Positions 59,295 to 64,000 of a stretch of DNA of 64,000 bases are shown here, in pieces. The translations under genes were made by a program, and so were the position numbers. The number at the start of each line of letters is the position of its first letter. Position 1 is the stretch's first letter. Source of the DNA: Candidatus Bathyarchaeota archaeon (GTDB taxonomy: Archaea; Thermoproteota; Bathyarchaeia; 40CM-2-53-6; RBG-13-38-9); the NCBI GenBank assembly GCA_026015185.1, contig JAOZGX010000047.1, forward strand, positions 3,475 through 67,474, given 5' to 3'. The notes under the pieces were generated by a model. That model was not told the origin of the DNA, did not search any database, and saw only the letters and a program-made list of their open reading frames with translations.

Positions 59295-61442
59295 CTAATA
59301 TAACTCAATTACATCCTTTATTCTGAAGCATAAGGTTCCTTGCTCATGATATAATTTCCCTCTCGCCTTGAACCTTGAATTTTTCTTCATTAACTTAGCA
59401 GGTCCTTCAAAATCATGAGATGCTACTCTCGCTCTCCATTTATCATTTATCCATACTACAGCTCTACCAGGATAAACTTTCTCAACACGCACATCATACA
59501 CGTCTTTTATATATTCTGATTTATTCGATGGTTTTTTAATGGATTTTACTACGAAATAATCTGAACTTTCTTTTGTTATCTTATCCATTTCCTCAAGTTT
59601 CTCTACTGCTGCCTTTACTATATCAGCCGACAATCCTTCTTCTTCAATTAAATCCTGAATCCTTAGACCCTTACCTCCGTGTTTCAAAGCTTTCATATAG
59701 ATTCGACGAGCGGTTTTGTCTGCGTCTCTTATGAAATCCTTCACTTTATCCTGTTCGGATTTAAAAAGATGGGATTCTGTTTGAGTTATTTCTGCTTCCT
59801 GTTTTATATCTTTCAATTCTTCATCTGAAATAAGTACTTTCTCAAGCTTGGGACCTGGACGAAACATAGAATCCAATTCTTGGTTAAGTGAACCAACAAT
59901 GTTATTCATTTTACCAACTTTACGTTTACTAGCGTAGAGGTAAACCATGTCGTAGGTATCCTTTGTTGCCAATATCAAAGCCTTTCCAGCAACTTTCCTG
60001 CCAGTTCTTCCTTTTCTTTGAATATATCTGATCTCGCTTGGAATTGGCTCATAGAATATAACCAGGTCAACACTGGGTATATCCAATCCCTCCTCCGCAA
60101 TGCATGTGGCTACGAGAACATTTGTATCACCTTCCCTGAAATCCTCGATCAATTTGGCTTGTTCTTTTTGCCTTAATCCACGGTCGCCAGCTTTGTTGGC
60201 TTGGCCTACAAATCTCTCGACGGAGACATTGGTTATTGATTTTAAACGATCCACTAAATACGAAGCGGTATCCCTATACTGAGTAAATACAATTACCTTA
60301 GAATCTTTTTTCTTGAGTTGGTTTTCCACTTCTTGATTTAATAATTCTATCTTGGGATGATCAAGAGTCTCTTTTTCATTTAGAAGTTTAACAAGCTTAC
60401 CATATCTATCGTCTTTGATAATTGATTTGTAACTTTTCTTTTTCTCGCTCTCTGATTCAATCCTATCTAAAAATAGTTTTGCTGTAACAATTCCTTGTGT
60501 TTCAAGTAACTCAAGAGAGTGAGAAAGAGTCAAAGCAGCAGATTGAACTACAATAGCACTATATATTGGTCCCTTCTTCTCATTTGGAACTATTTTTAGT
60601 TGATGACGAAGTTTTTCACCGATTTCTAATAATTCTCGCCTGGAAATATAATCGGGCCTTTTATAGATAAATCCCATTTTTACAAGCCATTTATTCTTCT
60701 CAGACAGCATTTCCCTTATTATTTTTGAAGCTTTTTTGAATTCATCGGGTAGATCAATGTATTTCCAATCAACTTTTACAGGATTGATATAAGGGGAAAC
60801 ATCCTCGTCCTCTTCTGATCGATGCTCAACTTGTTCAATATATAGAGCTTTACAGATTTCTTCGATCCTCTTCTTTTCAGCCCCTGGACTTGCAGTCATT
60901 CCAAGTATCGTTGGCCAACTAGATTGCTCCACGTACTTTTTAGCCACAAGTGTATAAGCGTAGTCCTTTCTAGCTCGATGACATTCATCAAAAACTAGGA
61001 GGCTAAAATCTTTGAGTGTTAAGATATTATTCTCTAAATCGTTCTTAACAACTTGAGGAGTTGCAAAGATTACTTTAGCATCCCCTTCCCAAATTTTTTT
61101 CCTATATATGCTAGGAATCTTCCCGGTTAATGCGATTGCATCTTTATCACGAAGAGTTAGGAAATTCATGAAGCTGTCCTTATGCTGCATGACAAGCGGC
61201 CTAGTAGGGGCCATAACTAGAATCCTTGTATTTTTATAATTATAGAGAAAGTGGGCTGCAACTATAGCTGATATAATTGTCTTGCCTAATGCTGTTGGAA
61301 GTACAACTAAGGTATTCTTATGAATGGCTTTTTCTGCAATTACCTTTTGATACTGGCGAGCCTCAATTCGATTAGGCCATATCAAAGGTTTTTCAATATA
61401 TTTCTTTTCTAAAAAACCTTGAAGGCCCATAATTAAATTCAC
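59295..61442 (-). CDS. Hef/FANCM/Mph1-like SF2 helicase with no recognisable ERCC4 nuclease domain
   Basis: 'EARQYQ', 'LPTALGKT', 'DECH', 'TASPG', 'EEGLDIP', 'IQRKGRTGR'. Confidence 0.9.
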   Translation of the reverse strand: MNLIMGLQGFLEKKYIEKPLIWPNRIEARQYQKVIAEKAIHKNTLVVLPTALGKTIISAIVAAHFLYNYKNTRILVMAPTRPLVMQHKDSFMNFLTLRDKDAIALTGKIPSIYRKKIWEGDAKVIFATPQVVKNDLENNILTLKDFSLLVFDECHRARKDYAYTLVAKKYVEQSSWPTILGMTASPGAEKKRIEEICKALYIEQVEHRSEEDEDVSPYINPVKVDWKYIDLPDEFKKASKIIREMLSEKNKWLVKMGFIYKRPDYISRRELLEIGEKLRHQLKIVPNEKKGPIYSAIVVQSAALTLSHSLELLETQGIVTAKLFLDRIESESEKKKSYKSIIKDDRYGKLVKLLNEKETLDHPKIELLNQEVENQLKKKDSKVIVFTQYRDTASYLVDRLKSITNVSVERFVGQANKAGDRGLRQKEQAKLIEDFREGDTNVLVATCIAEEGLDIPSVDLVIFYEPIPSEIRYIQRKGRTGRKVAGKALILATKDTYDMVYLYASKRKVGKMNNIVGSLNQELDSMFRPGPKLEKVLISDEELKDIKQEAEITQTESHLFKSEQDKVKDFIRDADKTARRIYMKALKHGGKGLRIQDLIEEEGLSADIVKAAVEKLEEMDKITKESSDYFVVKSIKKPSNKSEYIKDVYDVRVEKVYPGRAVVWINDKWRARVASHDFEGPAKLMKKNSRFKARGKLYHEQGTLCFRIKDVIELY

Positions 61443-61568
61443 TTTTAGGATCCATAAGATCTTTCTTACTTTTAATAAAAATCTCCTAAATCTTGCTTAT
61501 GCTAAATAAAGTGTCTTAACTGTAATTATTTTAAACCCTGTTTCAAAAGGAAATTAAAAAAAGGTTTT

Positions 61569-62423
61569 TTATTTCATTTTTAGTTTTGTCAAATTTTTAT
61601 ACTCTTCTTCTTTCATATGGATGCAATGTTTATCTTCAGGGAACTTGCCATCCTTCACTTCTTTTCTGTAAGATTCGAAAGCATTTAACATAGAGTCATG
61701 CAAGTTGGCCCAATTCTTGGCAAAACTTGGTGTTAATCCAAGTCCTAAACCTAGAATATCACAAACATTAAGCCCAATCCCATCGCAGTGTGGACCCGAA
61801 CCCCAGCTAAGAGTCGGAATAGATAATCTTTCCGTGATTATTTTAGCTGATTCTGTTGTTGCAAATTCTATTACTATCGCAAAAGCTCCACTTTTCTCAA
61901 GTTCAATAGCATCTTCTAAGATTTTTCTAGCATTCTGTGCGGTTCTACCTTGGACTCTATATCCACCTGAAAGTGATGCGGATTGAGGGGTTAATCCAAT
62001 ATGTCCAACTAAAGGTATCCCAGCTTCACTTATCGCTTTTACTTTGTCGCAGACTTCTTTACCTCCTTCAAGTTTAACAGCATCCACCCCAGCTTCTTTC
62101 ATAAAGCGAGCGACATTTTGAAGTGCTTGCTCGTCACTTATTTGATAAGACATAAAGGGCATATCGCCCATTACTAATGGGTGTTTAGCACCCCTTACCA
62201 CAGCCTTACAAGCTATAATCATTTCATCCATTGAGACGGGGATGGTGTTGTTGTAACCCAAACCCGTCATTCCTACACTACCATCACCGACTAGAACCAT
62301 ATCAGCTCCAGCCATTTCTGCAAAAGCTGCAGTTGGATAATCATGAAGACTTATCGCGACTATTTTCTCACCTTTCTTCTTCATTTCCATTAAATCACGG
62401 ATAGTAACTTTCTTTCTCTCCAA
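61569..62423 (-). CDS. panB: 3-methyl-2-oxobutanoate hydroxymethyltransferase
   Basis: 'LVGD.S', 'GDMPFMSY', 'AVKLEGG', 'GHIGLTPQ', 'QGR'. Confidence 0.9.
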   Translation of the reverse strand: MERKKVTIRDLMEMKKKGEKIVAISLHDYPTAAFAEMAGADMVLVGDGSVGMTGLGYNNTIPVSMDEMIIACKAVVRGAKHPLVMGDMPFMSYQISDEQALQNVARFMKEAGVDAVKLEGGKEVCDKVKAISEAGIPLVGHIGLTPQSASLSGGYRVQGRTAQNARKILEDAIELEKSGAFAIVIEFATTESAKIITERLSIPTLSWGSGPHCDGIGLNVCDILGLGLGLTPSFAKNWANLHDSMLNAFESYRKEVKDGKFPEDKHCIHMKEEEYKNLTKLKMK

Positions 62424-62493
62424 AAAATCACTCCCATTAATAGGAATCTATTTTAAATCATATAAATGGCTGCACCTATCTCAATCGATAAAG

Positions 62494-63468
62494 CTAGGTT
62501 TTCTTCCTCTTGACAACTTCTTTAGCTGCTTTGGCTATATCAATTTTGGTAAGGTTATATTCCGCCTTTAATTCTTCAATCGATCCTGTTTGGCCGAATC
62601 TGTCTCTCGCACCGATTCTTTGCAACGGCACCAAGACATTCTCTGTTACAACCTCTGCAACGATTCCACCTAGACCACCAAGAATATTACTGTCCTCCAC
62701 TGTGACTATCGCCCCTGTTTCTAGAGCAGCCTCCTTTATGGCTTTTCCATCGGCTGGTTTGAGTGTATGCATATTGATGACTCTGGCATCGATTCCATCC
62801 TTAGATAGAAGATCGGCTGCCTCAAGGGCTTCTAAAACCATTATTCCGGTAGAAAAAATAGTCAGATCGCTTCCTTCCTTTAATTTGACAGCTTTCCCTA
62901 TCTGGAATGTATAATCCTCATTATAGATAACGGGTAACTCTGGCTGAGCTATCCTGATAGCAACAGGACCATCATATTCTACTGCTGCTTTTGAAGTTTT
63001 TTTGGCTTCAACAGCATCAGCAGGGGAGACCAATACCAAGTCTGGAACGGTACGAAGAGAAGCTATGTCTTCAATCATCTGATGTGATGCACCCATAAAC
63101 CCCCAAAGCATTCCACTATTACAGAGTACTATTTTTACATTGAGCTTATCGAAAGCTAATTGCCTAATTTGATTATATCCCCTTCCGATAGCAAAAATAT
63201 TATGACAGTGGGTAAAAGGTATCTTACCTCCGGCCGCCAAACCACCAGCTACAGTAATCATATTTCCTTCTGCTATTCCTAGATTGAGCAGCCTATGAGG
63301 ATATTTATCTTTGAAATACTTTCCTGCTTCATCTTGTGGAAAATCAGCATAAAGAGTGACCACATCTCTATTCTCTTCTGCCAACTCTATCAAAGCTTCA
63401 TTATGCCCAGTATACATCATCTTCATTTCTCCTGGTTGATCTCTAAGATATTTTTCGCTCATCCACAT
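62494..63468 (-). CDS. Transketolase C-terminal subunit (pyrimidine-binding plus C-terminal domain)
   Basis: 'N.GIAE.NM', 'GASHQ..ED', 'GPVAIR', 'TLKP.D', 'GGLG'. Confidence 0.9.
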   Translation of the reverse strand: MWMSEKYLRDQPGEMKMMYTGHNEALIELAEENRDVVTLYADFPQDEAGKYFKDKYPHRLLNLGIAEGNMITVAGGLAAGGKIPFTHCHNIFAIGRGYNQIRQLAFDKLNVKIVLCNSGMLWGFMGASHQMIEDIASLRTVPDLVLVSPADAVEAKKTSKAAVEYDGPVAIRIAQPELPVIYNEDYTFQIGKAVKLKEGSDLTIFSTGIMVLEALEAADLLSKDGIDARVINMHTLKPADGKAIKEAALETGAIVTVEDSNILGGLGGIVAEVVTENVLVPLQRIGARDRFGQTGSIEELKAEYNLTKIDIAKAAKEVVKRKKT

Positions 63469-63478
63469 TTCACTCAGT

Positions 63479-64000
63479 TTATTTTAATACCTCCATAGCT
63501 TCAGAATACATATCATCAGTGATTTTTGTAAAGTGTAATCTACGCTCCTCAAAAGAAGGGACGCCTTTACCCTTGATTGTATGCGCTATTATAGCAGTTG
63601 GCTTGTCAGGAGTTTTATTTGCTTCATTTAAAGCATCAATTATTTGAGCCATGTCATGCCCATCAATATCTATTACATGCCAGGAAAAATTTCTCCATTT
63701 CTCTGTAAATGGTTCCAATCTCATTATATCAACCACTTTGCCAGTGGATTGGTAATCATTTCTATCGATAATTGCAGTTAGATTGCCCAACTCAAAATGA
63801 GATGCAGTAAGAGCTGCTTCCCATACTTGCCCTTCGTCACACTCACCATCACCAAGTATACAATAAACATTGAATTCTTGGCCGTCAAGACTTTTACCAG
63901 GCCTGTCTATTTTGGTAGCAAGAGCTTCACCAACAGCAAAAGACAATCCAGTACCAAGAGAACCACCTGAATATTCTACTCCTGGTGTTGTGGTTTGACT
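63479..64000 (-). CDS. Transketolase N-terminal (TPP-binding) subunit, 5'-truncated by window edge
   Basis: 'PGVE..GGSLGTGLS', 'GDGECDEGQVWEA...N', 'DGHD', 'TIKGKG'; frame is open to 64000. Confidence 0.9.
   Translation of the reverse strand, partial: SQTTTPGVEYSGGSLGTGLSFAVGEALATKIDRPGKSLDGQEFNVYCILGDGECDEGQVWEAALTASHFELGNLTAIIDRNDYQSTGKVVDIMRLEPFTEKWRNFSWHVIDIDGHDMAQIIDALNEANKTPDKPTAIIAHTIKGKGVPSFEERRLHFTKITDDMYSEAMEVLK

Overview
AT-rich archaeal chromosomal segment, most likely Bathyarchaeia or another TACK lineage. This is inferred from the group II chaperonin pair, Alba, Tfx, archaeal TyrRS, EndoQ, Hef-like helicase, a BHB-intron tRNA, Cdv genes and heavy TTG start usage. Most genes are housekeeping or anaerobic metabolism: thermosome, gap-pgk-tyrS, AOR, a lactate dehydrogenase/Etf module, ACD, trehalose synthesis and panB. 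The standout is a nine-gene, co-oriented ESCRT/Cdv cell-division cluster (19545-26143): two CdvA-like genes, three ESCRT-III/CdvB genes and Vps4/CdvC, with an Lrp regulator and a minimal FtsE/FtsX (MacB/LolCDE)-type ABC pair embedded in it. A fourth, hairpin-only ESCRT-III copy lies about 14 kb away beside a cryptic kinase-like gene. Features the ORF track missed or truncated include three genes with no in-frame ATG/GTG/TTG before their conserved N-termini (probable ATT starts), a two-intron tRNA-Ala, two SD-led microproteins and a structured ~130-nt intergenic element. A ferritin-like di-iron domain fused to a His-conserved membrane domain also occurs, with a stand-alone paralog nearby. No CRISPR array, rRNA or transposase was seen. 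All calls come from reading motifs by eye; no database searches were run.
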